From: Eubacteriales bacterium
Lineage (GTDB): Bacteria; Bacillota; Clostridia; Oscillospirales; JAAYOS01
Reading direction: 5' to 3'
Length of the DNA: 64,000 bases
Assembly: GCA_050950785.1 (NCBI GenBank)
Contig: JBMNIG010000025.1
Location: forward strand, 31,775 to 95,774
Below the pieces are notes generated by a model. That model was not told the DNA's origin, did no database searches, and saw nothing but the letters and a program-made list of their open reading frames with translations. Shown piece by piece: positions 38,477 to 49,367 of the stretch. Positions within the stretch are counted from its first letter, which is position 1, and every line of letters begins with the position of its first letter. Made by a program: the position numbers and the translations under genes.

Positions 38477-40753
38477 ATGGCAGATTTGGTTATTGTTGAA
38501 TCTCCAGCAAAAGCAAAAACGATTGAAAAATATTTGGGACGTGGATACAAAGTAGAAGCGTCCATGGGTCATCTTAGAGATTTGCCCAAATCAAAACTTG
38601 GTGTGGATATTGAAGCAGGATTCGAGCCTAATTACATTCCAATAAAGGGCAAGGAAGACAGGATACGCCTGCTCAAGGAAGCGGTCAAAAACAGCGATAA
38701 AGTCTACCTTGCAACAGACCCCGACCGCGAAGGAGAGGCAATATCCTGGCACTTAAAGGAACTGCTTGAAATACCGGACGAAAAGGCATACCGTGTTACA
38801 TTTCATGAAATCACAAAAAACGTTGTGGTGGAGGCAATCAAAAATCCAAGACCAATAAACACCGACCTTGTGGACGCACAGCAAGCCCGTCGTATTCTTG
38901 ATAGGATAGTAGGTTATAAGTTAAGCCCTCTGCTTTGGCGGAAAGTACGAAGAGGGCTTTCAGCCGGTCGTGTACAATCAGTGGCTACACGCATAGTTGT
39001 TGACCGCGAAAATGAAATTCGTGCATTCGTTCCAAAGGAATATTGGAGTCTTGAGGCTGAGCTTTCCTTTGAAAAATCACATAACTTTACCGCTAAATTC
39101 GTCGGTGATAAAAACGGTAAGATCGAACTCAAAGACGAAGAGCAGACACGCAATATTATGGACACTGTCTCCGGTGCTGCATTTGTCGTACATTCCGTAA
39201 AAAATGGACAAAAGAAGCGCCAACCGTCTCCGCCCTTTATAACATCTACATTGCAGCAGGAAGCGTTCCGGAAGCTAAATATGCAGTCGCGTCGTACGAT
39301 GTCAGTTGCGCAACAATTATATGAGGGAATCGATCTAGAAGAACATGGAACGGTGGGTCTGATAACATACATGAGAACCGATTCATTGCGCCTGTCTGAT
39401 GAAGCCGTCGCTGCTGTAAGAGAATTGATAGCAAGCCGATACGGTAAAGAATATCTACCTAAAGCACCAAGAAAATACAAAGGAAAAAACAACTCCCAGG
39501 ACGCCCATGAAGCAATCAGACCAGCTGATGTCACCATTACGCCGGAGAGCATTCAAAAGGATCTTACACCCGACCAATTTAAGTTATACAAATTGATTTG
39601 GAGTCGCTTCGTGGCTTGTCAGATGGAAAATGCACTTTTTGATACCCAGTCTGTCGATATTGAAGCTGCCAATTACATCTTCCGTGCTAACAGTCAACGT
39701 ATGCGTTTTTCCGGATTTATTTCGGTGTACGAGGAAGGCAAAGATGATCCTGAAGAGGAGAAGGTGGCAACGCTGCCTGCTCTATCTGAGGGGAACAAAC
39801 TTGATCTTATAAACTTGAAACCTGAACAGCATTTCACGCAGCCTCCCCCGCGGTTTACAGAAGCTACTCTGATAAAGGCGTTGGAGGAAAACGGAATTGG
39901 TAGGCCATCCACCTATGCACCGATCCTTTCCACCATACAGGAGCGTGAATATGTTCGCAAGGAAAAAAGAAACCTGCAGCCAACACCCCTTGGAGAAGTA
40001 GTTACCGACTTAATGAAAAACAACTTCAGCGATATAGTAGATGTAGCCTTCACTGCAAAAATGGAGGAGAGTCTAGACCAGGTAGGCATGGGTAAAGAGG
40101 CTTGGAGAGATATCCTTGCACGCTTCTACAAACCTTTCGCCGAAGATTTAGATCATGCCGAGCAAAATCTCGAACGTATCAAGGTTCCGGACGAAGAAAC
40201 AGATGTGATTTGCGAAAACTGTGGAAGTAATATGGTGATTAAGAGCGGTAGATATGGGAGATTTCTCGCATGCCCTAAATACCCTGATTGTAAAAATACA
40301 AAACCTATCACTGAACCGACTCCCGGTTTATGCCCCAAATGCGGGGGAACAATACTCAAGCGGAAGTCTAAGAGAAATTACACTTACTATGGTTGTGAGA
40401 AAAATCCGACCTGTGATTTTATGACGTGGGATGTTCCGGTTGCTGACAACTGTCCGGAATGTGGTAAAACAATGTACAAAAAATCCGGACGAGGGATGCG
40501 GAAGCCATTTTGCGCAAACTCCGAGTGTGTCAACTTCCTACCGGAGGATCAGCGGGGATACAGAAAGAAGACTTCCGAAAGTGAAGATGGGGATAGCGAG
40601 AATAAAGAAGAAAAGACTAAGAAAAGCAATAAGAAGTCAAAGTCTGACTCGGATACTGTTTCCAATAAAGAGAAATCAGAGGACAACGGGACAGAGTCAA
40701 AGGGGAAAACCGCAAAAGCAAAAAAGGAGAAGTCAGCCAAGAAGGCGAAGTAA
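38477..40753 (+). CDS. topA: DNA topoisomerase I with zinc ribbons and a Lys/Ser/Glu-rich C-terminal tail
   Basis: 758 aa. TOPRIM start (LVIVESPAKAKTIEKYLG), the active-site region (GLITYMRTDS), four CxxC zinc-ribbon repeats and a basic tail. Confidence 0.95.
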   Translation: MADLVIVESPAKAKTIEKYLGRGYKVEASMGHLRDLPKSKLGVDIEAGFEPNYIPIKGKEDRIRLLKEAVKNSDKVYLATDPDREGEAISWHLKELLEIPDEKAYRVTFHEITKNVVVEAIKNPRPINTDLVDAQQARRILDRIVGYKLSPLLWRKVRRGLSAGRVQSVATRIVVDRENEIRAFVPKEYWSLEAELSFEKSHNFTAKFVGDKNGKIELKDEEQTRNIMDTVSGAAFVVHSVKNGQKKRQPSPPFITSTLQQEAFRKLNMQSRRTMSVAQQLYEGIDLEEHGTVGLITYMRTDSLRLSDEAVAAVRELIASRYGKEYLPKAPRKYKGKNNSQDAHEAIRPADVTITPESIQKDLTPDQFKLYKLIWSRFVACQMENALFDTQSVDIEAANYIFRANSQRMRFSGFISVYEEGKDDPEEEKVATLPALSEGNKLDLINLKPEQHFTQPPPRFTEATLIKALEENGIGRPSTYAPILSTIQEREYVRKEKRNLQPTPLGEVVTDLMKNNFSDIVDVAFTAKMEESLDQVGMGKEAWRDILARFYKPFAEDLDHAEQNLERIKVPDEETDVICENCGSNMVIKSGRYGRFLACPKYPDCKNTKPITEPTPGLCPKCGGTILKRKSKRNYTYYGCEKNPTCDFMTWDVPVADNCPECGKTMYKKSGRGMRKPFCANSECVNFLPEDQRGYRKKTSESEDGDSENKEEKTKKSNKKSKSDSDTVSNKEKSEDNGTESKGKTAKAKKEKSAKKAK

Positions 40754-40768
40754 AAGAGGTGGGACTAA

Positions 40769-42103
40769 ATGTCATCAAATGTGCCGACTGTCACAGTTAT
40801 AGGCGCCGGCCTTGCAGGCAGTGAAGCAGCATGGCAGCTTGCAGAGGCCGGGATCGACGTTGAGCTATGGGAAATGAAGCCATCAAAGATGACTCCGGCA
40901 CATAGCTATGAGGGGTTCGGTGAACTTGTCTGCTCTAACTCGCTCCGAGGTGCCGGCCTTGAAACAGCGCCGGGACTACTTAAGGAGGAGCTGCGTCGTT
41001 TTGGATCGTTGATCATAAAGTGTGCGGATGAAAATAGGGTCGATGCTGGAGGAGCGTTGGCAGTTGACCGCATAGCTTTTTCGGATGCCATTACCAAACG
41101 TATTTTAGCTCATCCCAAAATTCGTATCGTCAGTGAAGAAGTTAAAAAAATTCCAACGGCTCGACCGGTCATCATTGCAACAGGACCATTGACAGCCGAC
41201 TCACTTGCCTCATCGATACTTGACTTTTTTGACGGTGAGGATGCACTCAGCTTCTATGATGCTGCAGCTCCCATAGTGAGATTTGATTCGATCGACATGT
41301 CAAAGGCATTCTTCGCGTCACGATATGGAAAGGGGTCGGCTGATTATATAAATTGTCCAATGACTTCTGATGAGTATATGGCTTTTCATAGTGAGCTTGT
41401 CAACGGTAGACAGGCGCCCATGCAGGGCTTTGAAGACGACAAAGTATTTGAAGGCTGTATGCCCATTGAGGTGATGGCAAGACGTGGCCTTGACACCTTG
41501 CGCTATGGTCCATTAAAGCCGGTGGGACTTGTTGATCCAAAGACCGGTCAAAGGCCATATGCAGTAGTTCAACTACGCCGGGATAACCGCGAAGGAACCC
41601 TTTATAATTTAGTTGGATTCCAAACCCATCTCGCTTTTGGTGAGCAGAAACGTATTTTCTCGATGATACCTGCCCTCGAAAAAGCTGAGTTTGAGCGATA
41701 CGGTGTAATGCACCGCAACACATTCATTAACTCCCCAAAACTCCTGACCAGATTCTTCGAGTCGCGCATAGACAAGGACGTTCTTTTTGCCGGTCAAATT
41801 ACCGGTGTAGAAGGATATATCGAGTCGACAGCGTCCGGCTTATACGCAGCCATCAACCTGGCCAGAAGGCTGAAGGGCGAGCCTCTGATCGAGCTGGAGG
41901 AAGACACGGCTATTGGAGCACTGTCACTTTACATCAGTGGGGGCTCCGAGTCGGATTTTCAGCCAATGAATATCAATTTTGGTCTAATGAGGCCATTGGA
42001 GGTCAAAATAAAAAAGAAACGCGAACGCAACCTGGAGATAAGCCGGCGTTCGCTAAAGACAATTGAAAGGCTAAGGAGTGTTACAAATGAAGATCATCGT
42101 TGA
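40769..42103 (+). CDS. trmFO: Methylenetetrahydrofolate-tRNA-(uracil-5-)-methyltransferase TrmFO (Gid)
   Basis: 444 aa. FAD-binding VIGAGLAGSEAAWQLA and the typical dprA-topA-trmFO order. Confidence 0.92.
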   Translation: MSSNVPTVTVIGAGLAGSEAAWQLAEAGIDVELWEMKPSKMTPAHSYEGFGELVCSNSLRGAGLETAPGLLKEELRRFGSLIIKCADENRVDAGGALAVDRIAFSDAITKRILAHPKIRIVSEEVKKIPTARPVIIATGPLTADSLASSILDFFDGEDALSFYDAAAPIVRFDSIDMSKAFFASRYGKGSADYINCPMTSDEYMAFHSELVNGRQAPMQGFEDDKVFEGCMPIEVMARRGLDTLRYGPLKPVGLVDPKTGQRPYAVVQLRRDNREGTLYNLVGFQTHLAFGEQKRIFSMIPALEKAEFERYGVMHRNTFINSPKLLTRFFESRIDKDVLFAGQITGVEGYIESTASGLYAAINLARRLKGEPLIELEEDTAIGALSLYISGGSESDFQPMNINFGLMRPLEVKIKKKRERNLEISRRSLKTIERLRSVTNEDHR

Positions 42104-43142
42104 CGTTATGGGAGGGGACAACGGATCTAGCGCCTTCGTTAAAGGGGCATTAATGGCTGCTGAGGAATTCAATGTAGGGATCTGCCTTGTAGGCAGGGGG
42201 GACGAAATCCTTGAAGCCCTCCGCGATGAGGGACACGATGACATTCCGCAAGGTATTGAGATCTCACATGCCTCCGAGGTTATAGAGATGGAGGATGACC
42301 CGTCGACAGTGGTGAGGATGAAGAAGGATTCTTCAATGATTACAGGACTGAAATTGCTTGCCGAGGGTTATGGCGATGCATTTGTTTCAGCAGGAAATAC
42401 CGGAGCTCTGCTGTCAGGGTCAACACTTACAGCGAAAAGGATCCGAGGGATTCGCAGGGCTGCTCTCGCGCCAATAATACCTACACTTAAGGGTAAATCG
42501 ATCCTTATAGATTGCGGAGCGAATATTGAATGCACATCGGAATATCTATTGCAATTTGCTTATATGGGTTCCGGCTATGCGGAACATATTCTTGAAATTC
42601 CCAAACCGCGGGTAGGTCTATTGAATATCGGAGTTGAAAAAAACAAGGGGACACAGCTACAGCGGGAAACTTACATGCTTTTGACAGATGCTTCCGAAAG
42701 CGGACGTATAAACTTTGTCGGCAATGTTGAGAGCCGGGATATAATGCTTGGTGTATGTGATGTGGTAGTTACAGATGGATATTCCGGGAACATATTCCTG
42801 AAAACCATGGAAGGTATGGGGATCATGTTCATAGATATGCTTAGGAATCTCTTTGGCAAAAGCACGAAGACCAAGCTTGCTGCTCTGATGGTTCAGGACG
42901 GGATAAGGGACATGAGGAAGCTTATGGACTACAACGAGACCGGTGGAGCTCCACTTCTTGGAATTTCAAAACCGATTATCAAGGCACACGGGTCTGCAAA
43001 AGCTTATACCCTTCGATCTGCAATAAAACAGGCGATAATGTATGTCAATTCAGGGATCATAGAAGATATAAAATCGAATATTGACTATATGCGTGTAGAT
43101 AACCCAGCAAAGTCGTCTGAATCTGAAAATATATCGAAATAG
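42087..43142 (+). CDS. plsX: Phosphate acyltransferase PlsX
   Basis: MKIIVDVMGGDNG N-terminus and the VVTDGYSGNIFLKT motif. The track start at 42078 is an upstream GTG. Confidence 0.92.
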   Translation: MKIIVDVMGGDNGSSAFVKGALMAAEEFNVGICLVGRGDEILEALRDEGHDDIPQGIEISHASEVIEMEDDPSTVVRMKKDSSMITGLKLLAEGYGDAFVSAGNTGALLSGSTLTAKRIRGIRRAALAPIIPTLKGKSILIDCGANIECTSEYLLQFAYMGSGYAEHILEIPKPRVGLLNIGVEKNKGTQLQRETYMLLTDASESGRINFVGNVESRDIMLGVCDVVVTDGYSGNIFLKTMEGMGIMFIDMLRNLFGKSTKTKLAALMVQDGIRDMRKLMDYNETGGAPLLGISKPIIKAHGSAKAYTLRSAIKQAIMYVNSGIIEDIKSNIDYMRVDNPAKSSESENISK

Positions 43143-43280
43143 TCAAATCTACTTGACAAGGAATATAAATCTGCATATTATTCTTTTTAGAGGTCTGCAG
43201 CTTTTAGAACACTGCCTAATATCGGTACTTGTACGGACCTCACAACATAGAAGTGAATCGAATTTGGGGAGGTGACATAC

Positions 43281-43520
43281 ATGGTATTTGAAAAGGTAGC
43301 AAAGATGCTTGCCGAACAGTTTGGTGTCGATGAGAGCACAATAACGATGAAAACTAGCTTTGAAGAAGATCTGGGTGCTGACTCGTTGGATATTGTAGAA
43401 CTTACAATGATGATTGAGGAAGAGTTCGATCTGGGTGAGATCGAAGATGGGGATCTGGAGGTCTTGAAGACTGTCGGTGACGTCGTTGAATTGATTACAT
43501 CAAGAAACCAAGAGGATTGA
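43281..43520 (+). CDS. acpP: Acyl carrier protein
   Basis: About 79 aa with the [11 protein letters not shown] phosphopantetheine-attachment motif. ATG at 43281 follows GGGGAGG. Confidence 0.92.
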   Translation: MVFEKVAKMLAEQFGVDESTITMKTSFEEDLGADSLDIVELTMMIEEEFDLGEIEDGDLEVLKTVGDVVELITSRNQED

Positions 43521-43532
43521 CAAGTATAGAAA

Positions 43533-43565
43533 GCGTCTCCGGTTTGAAACCGGAGACGCATTTAC
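43533..43565 (+). terminator. Intrinsic terminator after acpP
   Basis: GCGTCTCCGGTTT/AAACCGGAGACGC, a perfect 13-bp stem, followed by ATTT. Confidence 0.7.
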
Positions 43566-43608
43566 AAATTAAGTGACTATATTTATAGAAAACAAACGGG
43601 GTGTCAAC

Positions 43609-44298
43609 GTGATCGAATTTGAGGAGATCATTGGTTACAAGTTTAAGGACAAATCCCTTATCAGGACATCAATGACACACAGCTCATATGCAAACGAGAA
43701 TAAGGGCTCGGGAGTTCGCAGTTATGAACGACTGGAGTTCTTGGGGGATGCTATTCTGGGTTTTATCACTGCAGAATTTCTATTCCGCAACAGGAGAAAT
43801 GCAGAGGGCGATCTGACTAAAATGCGCGCAGGTATAGTTTGTGAGGCTAACTTGGTGCGGGTAGCTGAGAAACTAAGTATAGGGAAATTTTTGTTGCTTG
43901 GTAAAGGTGAAGAGCAATCCCAAGGCAGAAAAAGGCAGTCTATTCTTGCGGATGTTGTGGAGGCCATAATTGGAGCAATATATATCGACAGCGGGATCGA
44001 CGAAGCAAGAAAATTCATAGAAAGGTTCATTCTGTCCGATGCGGCGGATGTAAGCCCAGCTTCGAGCAGGGACTATAAAACAGAACTCCAGGAATTGATC
44101 CAGCGTGTAAGAGACAACTCGCTAGGCTACCAACTAGTGGCTGAAAGCGGTCCCGACCACAACAAGACATTTGAAATTGAGGCCTTAGTCAATGGAAAGC
44201 CGGTGGGGAGAGGTAAAGGACGATCAAAAAAAGAGGCGGAACAGGCAGCGGCAAGGGATGCATTGAAACGTATCGGTAAGAGAGGTATAAAAGGATGA
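43609..44298 (+). CDS. rnc: Ribonuclease III
   Basis: Signature ERLEFLGDAIL plus a C-terminal dsRBD (GPDHNKTFEIEALVNG..GRGKGRSKKEAEQAAA). The likely start is GTG at 43609 after GGGGTG. The track ORF starts at 43573. Confidence 0.9.
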   Translation: MIEFEEIIGYKFKDKSLIRTSMTHSSYANENKGSGVRSYERLEFLGDAILGFITAEFLFRNRRNAEGDLTKMRAGIVCEANLVRVAEKLSIGKFLLLGKGEEQSQGRKRQSILADVVEAIIGAIYIDSGIDEARKFIERFILSDAADVSPASSRDYKTELQELIQRVRDNSLGYQLVAESGPDHNKTFEIEALVNGKPVGRGKGRSKKEAEQAAARDALKRIGKRGIKG

Positions 44299-45551
44299 AA
44301 CCACGACGATCGATAATACCCATTTTTATTCCGCACCTGGGTTGCCCCTGTAGGTGCGTATTTTGTAATCAACATTCAATAACGTCTGTGGACGACCACA
44401 ATACTCTCAATGATACTGCTCTCACAGCTCAAATATGCACCGATAAATCACATAACATAGACAGGCCAGCTTCTAAAGTTAGGACACAGAATATTATGCC
44501 GGATCCCTCTGAGATTGGAATGTTGATAGAAGAGGGTATTAAAAAGTCGGGCAAGGGAGCTGAGCTGGCATTTTACGGTGGAAGCTTTACAGCTATATGT
44601 CCGGATTTAAGAAGGTCATATCTGGAAGCTGCCCATCCTTATGTCTCCCGGGAACTGATCAAGGGCATAAGGATTTCTACGCGTCCTGACGCAATAGACG
44701 ATGACATTCTTCATCAGCTATGGTATTTCGGCGTTCGCACAATCGAACTTGGAGCTCAGTCTATGGACGATCAGGTTCTACAGTTGTCCAAACGCGGGCA
44801 TACCGCTGCCGATACTGTAAATGCAGCACGGCTGGTGCGTCAAATGGGATTTTCACTTATACTTCAGATGATGGTGGGTCTACCCGGTGAAACAGCCGAC
44901 TCTCCAATGTCAACTGCACGACAGCTTGCAGCCCTTCAACCGGATGGAGTAAGAATATATCCAACAGCCGTTCTCGGGGGAACAGAGCTTGAGCTGATGT
45001 GGAAAAAAGGAGGATATTCTCCACTTTCATTTGAGCAAGCGGTCGATATCTGCGCCGATCTTATCAGTTTTTTTGATTCAAGAGGGATTTCGATATTGAG
45101 GGTTGGATTGAACCCCTCGGAGGACCTTTCCGGTGAGATACTCGCAGGCATATATCATCCCGCTTTTGGAGACTACTGCAGATCAAGACTTGTTTATCGA
45201 GCTACACGGCAACTACTTTCCGATATAATGGAGGATGGATACATCAGGGCCGGGGCAATTGCGGTATTTAGGATCGATCGTAAGCATTTATCTTTATTCG
45301 TGGGGCAGCATCGTTATAATATAAAGAAGCTTATGGATGATTTTGAACTCGATGGAATCAGTGTACTAGATGAAGACTCTGTATCCGTCACTAACTATAG
45401 AAAAAGGATGAATGGGGCTGACAAAATATACTCCTTTGCTTCTACCTTTAATGCTGATGAGATGTTGTCTGTTGACGGCTGGACACCAGTAAACAATAAA
45501 GAATTGGTAGTCGGCTCTCAAGTTGTGGTTGAATTCCTTGGCATTTATTGA
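44295..45551 (+). CDS. Radical SAM protein (ELP3-like family commonly found between rnc and smc in Clostridia)
   Basis: 418 aa. Cys cluster HLGCPCRCVFCNQ near the N-terminus with a TIM-barrel-like continuation. Function unknown. Confidence 0.65.
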   Translation: MKPRRSIIPIFIPHLGCPCRCVFCNQHSITSVDDHNTLNDTALTAQICTDKSHNIDRPASKVRTQNIMPDPSEIGMLIEEGIKKSGKGAELAFYGGSFTAICPDLRRSYLEAAHPYVSRELIKGIRISTRPDAIDDDILHQLWYFGVRTIELGAQSMDDQVLQLSKRGHTAADTVNAARLVRQMGFSLILQMMVGLPGETADSPMSTARQLAALQPDGVRIYPTAVLGGTELELMWKKGGYSPLSFEQAVDICADLISFFDSRGISILRVGLNPSEDLSGEILAGIYHPAFGDYCRSRLVYRATRQLLSDIMEDGYIRAGAIAVFRIDRKHLSLFVGQHRYNIKKLMDDFELDGISVLDEDSVSVTNYRKRMNGADKIYSFASTFNADEMLSVDGWTPVNNKELVVGSQVVVEFLGIY

Positions 45552-45560
45552 TAAAATTAT

Positions 45561-48500
45561 ATGTCCGAAAAAATACGTGGGGTGTATACTTTGTATTTAA
45601 AATCGTTGGAGATGAGGGGTTTTAAGTCATTTCCGGATAAGACCGTTCTTACATTCGGCGAGGGAATCGCTGCAATCGTTGGTCCTAACGGAAGCGGAAA
45701 ATCGAATATAGCTGATGCCATCCGTTGGGTTCTCGGTGAACAATCCACGAAGACGCTCCGCGGAGCAAGAATGGAAGACGTCATCTTTGGAGGTACTCAA
45801 AGCCGGGGGCCTGTTGGATATGCTGAGGTTTCACTAATACTAGACAACAGCGACCACGCTCTCCCCATAGACGCAGTAGAAGTCATGGTCACGCGAAGGT
45901 ATTATCGCTCGGGAGAGAGCGAATACTACATAAACAAGTCCTCAGTCAGGCTTAGGGACATTCACGAGCTGTTTATGGATACCGGTCTTGGCAGGGATGG
46001 CTATTCAATAATTGGGCAGGGCAGGATTGACGAGATCCTGTCCGTTAAAAGTACGGACAGGCGTGAGATATTCGAGGAAGCTGCTGGCATATCTAAGTTT
46101 CGTTACCGAAAAGAGGAAGCTGAGAGAAAACTCACTGCCACAGAATCAAATCTCGTAAGAATAAATGATAAGATAAGTGAACTTGAGCTGAGCGTAGGGC
46201 CTCTTAAAGAGCAGGCGGAAAAGGCTGAAAAATATTTGGAGTTCAGAGACGAGCTACGGGTTCTTGAAGTGTCTGTGTGGCTTGCCAACCTTGAAAAGAT
46301 CAAGACTAACGCTGAAGAAGTCCGACAGAACTATGCTGACGTGACAAAACAGCTTGAACAGGAGAAGTTGCAGCTTGAAGACCTTTACCGCAGGTCTGAA
46401 GAGCTATCCGAAAAAATGCGGCTCAAAGACACCGAAATTGAATCAAGTAGAAATGAGCGAAGTCGGTTGGAAGAGGAACTAGCCGACATAGAAAGCGATA
46501 TTGCAGTCCTTGATTCCACTAAGAAAAACATACATGAAAATATCAGTCGTCTTGAGGAAGAGATTGCCGAGCAAACAGGACGTGCAAATAATCTGGATAT
46601 ACAGATCGAGAACAGTGAACAACGAATTGAGCTCATAGAGCAGAAGTTGATCGATATTGACCAGGAAATTCAGAAACTTGAACAGGAAAGTCAACGAATT
46701 TCCGGCTCTGCATATGAAATGAGTCACCGCATTGATGCTCTCGGCGTTAGAGCAATTGCGGAAGAAAACGCTGCAAACAGCTTACGAATGGAGCTAAAAG
46801 CGCTGGAGTCCACCTCAACTGAACTAGAGCATCGCAGGGAGGGTCTAAATCAGGATCTTACTACCAGAGAGGAAATAACTCAGACTCTTGTCAAGCAGCG
46901 TGCTGAGGCGGAAGCGATCCTATCACAAGAAAAGGAAAAAGCACAATCCCTTAATAATGTCATCTCCGGTTATGAGATCAGACTGCAGAACCGACAGAAG
47001 AAGCTTGAATCTGTAAGCAAAGAGTACAACAGACTAAGTATGGAATTGCGTGCAAAACAAGACCGTATAAAGCTCTTGACAGACATGGAGCGCGACTACG
47101 GCGGATTTTCGCGTGCTGTCAAACTTGTGATGCAAGCCAGTGAAAGGGGAATGCTAACGGGTGTCCGCGGTCCACTTTCCAAGCTTATCAAGGTAAGGGA
47201 CGAACACGCCATTGCTATCGAAACAGCTCTTGGAGCCGGCCTTCAAAATATAGTTGTAAACAGTGAGCAAGACGCGAAGGCAGCAATAAATATGCTAAAA
47301 CGCAGTGACGGTGGACGTTCTACTTTTCTCCCAATATCAGCAATACGTGGACGGAAATTAGATTTTAGGCTTGAAGGTCAAAAGGGCTTTATAGGTATCG
47401 CTAGTGATCTTGTCCTCTCTGACGATGAATTTCGTGATATTGTTGAGAATGCCCTCGGACGCACAGCTATTGTGGACAACCTTGATAGCGCCATTGCTAT
47501 TGCAAAAAAGCATGGGTATAGATTTAGGATAGTCACACTTGATGGTCAGGTTGTCAACGCCGGTGGATCGATGACTGGTGGCAGCAGTTCCAATAATACC
47601 GGTATCCTTGTACGGGCTAATGAGCTTGAGAGGCTGAAAAATGAAATCGGCGTTACAAGAGAACAACTTGGACAGGCTGAAAGTGACTTGAATGAAATCA
47701 AGCGGGAAGTCACAGCCGCAGAATATGAGGTTGAAGTCGCAAGAAATGAGCGTCGTCTTGCCGAGGACAGCGTTCTGAAGGCAGAAGGGCAGTTGTCAGT
47801 TCTGACAAGTAGAATAGACAACAGCCGACAGATAGAAGAGAATATAAAGCAGGAACTTAGCATCATCGAAAACAGGCTGTCAGGAAACGCAAACACTTTA
47901 AGTGAGCTAAGTGATAAAATTCAGCTGCACGAAGAGAATAGAAAAGAACTCCTTGCCGAAATAGACAAAATACGCAGCGGGCATGAGGAGCTGGAAAACG
48001 CCAAGGGAGAGCTGACTGAGAAGGCATCGCAACTTCGTGAGGAGAGAAGCGGATACATCGGCGAACAGCAAACACTTCTCAAAAGCATACAGGAGCTGCA
48101 GCAGCTCAAAGAACACTTTTCGGCGGACAGCGAGAAGCGTCAATCATTTATTGACAACTATAAGGAAAGAATAAACGCAATTGAAGCTGAGCTTGCTCAA
48201 AAAGCCTCGGAGGCTGAAAGCTTGAAAGAGGAATGCAACAGTGTACGCAACCGTATAGTGGTGTTGACAAACGCCAAACTGGAAATCGAGGCTGAACGAG
48301 TTGAGGCTGACAGGAAGGGTAAGGAAAGTAACGAAGTTATTTTACGCCTTCAGCATGAGCAGGGCCGTTTAGAGCAAAAAAAGAACGAGGCGGACATTTA
48401 CGAACAGCAGATAATCGACAAACTATGGGACACCTATAGTCTTACAGGGTCTACAGCAAAAGCAATAGCTGTAGAGATAGAATCTATGAGCTCATCAAAC

Positions 48501-49163
48501 AGGCGGATTTCTGAACTGAAGCGGGAAATGTCAAAGTTGGGTGATGTGAATATAGGTGCCATTGAGGAATACAAGCGCATATATGAGCGATATGATTATC
48601 TCACAACACAACGGGACGATGTGGAAAAGGCAAAGAGTGAATTGGTAGGTATTATAACCGACATAACTACCCAGATGAAGGAGATTTTCGGTGCCAAGTT
48701 CAAGGAGATCAACGAAAGTTTTTCTGAGACCTTTTTGGAAATCTTCGGAGGCGGACGTGCCTGCCTGGAACTCGAAGACGAAGATGACATACTCAACTGT
48801 GGCATAGATATTCGTGTACAGCTCCCGGGCAAATCGCTAAAAACCATCACACTGCTTTCAGGTGGTGAGAAGTCGTTTATTGCAATTGCTTTGTACTTTG
48901 CCATCCTCAAAATAAGACCTACACCTTTTTGTGTACTTGATGAGATCGACGCTGCCCTGGATGATGTCAATGTCCTCCGGTTTGCAAAATATTTGCATAA
49001 GCTCGTGGATAATACACAGTTCATTTTAATAACCCATCGCCGCGGGACGATGGAGGAGTGTGACATCCTTTACGGTGTTACAATGGAGGTGTCCGGCGAA
49101 TCGAAGATATTGGCACTCAATATACAGGATGCTGAAAGGGAATTGGGTATAAAAGCGATATGA
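45561..49163 (+). CDS. smc: Chromosome partition protein SMC
   Basis: About 1190-1200 aa. Has Walker A GPNGSGKSNI, long coiled coils, a hinge, LSGGEKSFIAIAL and Walker B FCVLDEIDAALD. The start may be TTG at 45591 (MYLKSLEMRGFKSF) rather than ATG at 45561. Confidence 0.93.
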   Translation: MSEKIRGVYTLYLKSLEMRGFKSFPDKTVLTFGEGIAAIVGPNGSGKSNIADAIRWVLGEQSTKTLRGARMEDVIFGGTQSRGPVGYAEVSLILDNSDHALPIDAVEVMVTRRYYRSGESEYYINKSSVRLRDIHELFMDTGLGRDGYSIIGQGRIDEILSVKSTDRREIFEEAAGISKFRYRKEEAERKLTATESNLVRINDKISELELSVGPLKEQAEKAEKYLEFRDELRVLEVSVWLANLEKIKTNAEEVRQNYADVTKQLEQEKLQLEDLYRRSEELSEKMRLKDTEIESSRNERSRLEEELADIESDIAVLDSTKKNIHENISRLEEEIAEQTGRANNLDIQIENSEQRIELIEQKLIDIDQEIQKLEQESQRISGSAYEMSHRIDALGVRAIAEENAANSLRMELKALESTSTELEHRREGLNQDLTTREEITQTLVKQRAEAEAILSQEKEKAQSLNNVISGYEIRLQNRQKKLESVSKEYNRLSMELRAKQDRIKLLTDMERDYGGFSRAVKLVMQASERGMLTGVRGPLSKLIKVRDEHAIAIETALGAGLQNIVVNSEQDAKAAINMLKRSDGGRSTFLPISAIRGRKLDFRLEGQKGFIGIASDLVLSDDEFRDIVENALGRTAIVDNLDSAIAIAKKHGYRFRIVTLDGQVVNAGGSMTGGSSSNNTGILVRANELERLKNEIGVTREQLGQAESDLNEIKREVTAAEYEVEVARNERRLAEDSVLKAEGQLSVLTSRIDNSRQIEENIKQELSIIENRLSGNANTLSELSDKIQLHEENRKELLAEIDKIRSGHEELENAKGELTEKASQLREERSGYIGEQQTLLKSIQELQQLKEHFSADSEKRQSFIDNYKERINAIEAELAQKASEAESLKEECNSVRNRIVVLTNAKLEIEAERVEADRKGKESNEVILRLQHEQGRLEQKKNEADIYEQQIIDKLWDTYSLTGSTAKAIAVEIESMSSSNRRISELKREMSKLGDVNIGAIEEYKRIYERYDYLTTQRDDVEKAKSELVGIITDITTQMKEIFGAKFKEINESFSETFLEIFGGGRACLELEDEDDILNCGIDIRVQLPGKSLKTITLLSGGEKSFIAIALYFAILKIRPTPFCVLDEIDAALDDVNVLRFAKYLHKLVDNTQFILITHRRGTMEECDILYGVTMEVSGESKILALNIQDAERELGIKAI

Positions 49164-49282
49164 TCCATATAAGCCATGCAATCTAAACAGCTGACCTAAA
49201 TGACCCAACTGATCCAACCACCTCATAATCACAAACAACTGATCAAAAACCCGATCAAAACATAAAACCCAAATAACTCATA

Positions 49283-49312
49283 TTGCCATTTAGGTATTAA
49301 GATCCGTATAAT
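49283..49312 (+). promoter_or_regulatory. Candidate sigma-A promoter for ftsY
   Basis: TTGCCA (49283-49288), 18-nt spacer, TATAAT (49307-49312). A second TATAAT lies at 49315-49320. Confidence 0.5.
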
Positions 49313-49367
49313 GCTATAATACTTAAATAAGTTTTTACTATAACTATTAACTAAGGAGAAGGCTCAC

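Noticed and set aside
40555-40753. Lys/Ser/Glu-rich C-terminal tail of TopA, considered as a separate gene or repeat element
   Set aside because: It is in frame and continuous with topA. Basic tails are common in type IA topoisomerases. The overlapping 123-aa (+) and 63-aa (-) track ORFs are artefacts of low-complexity sequence.
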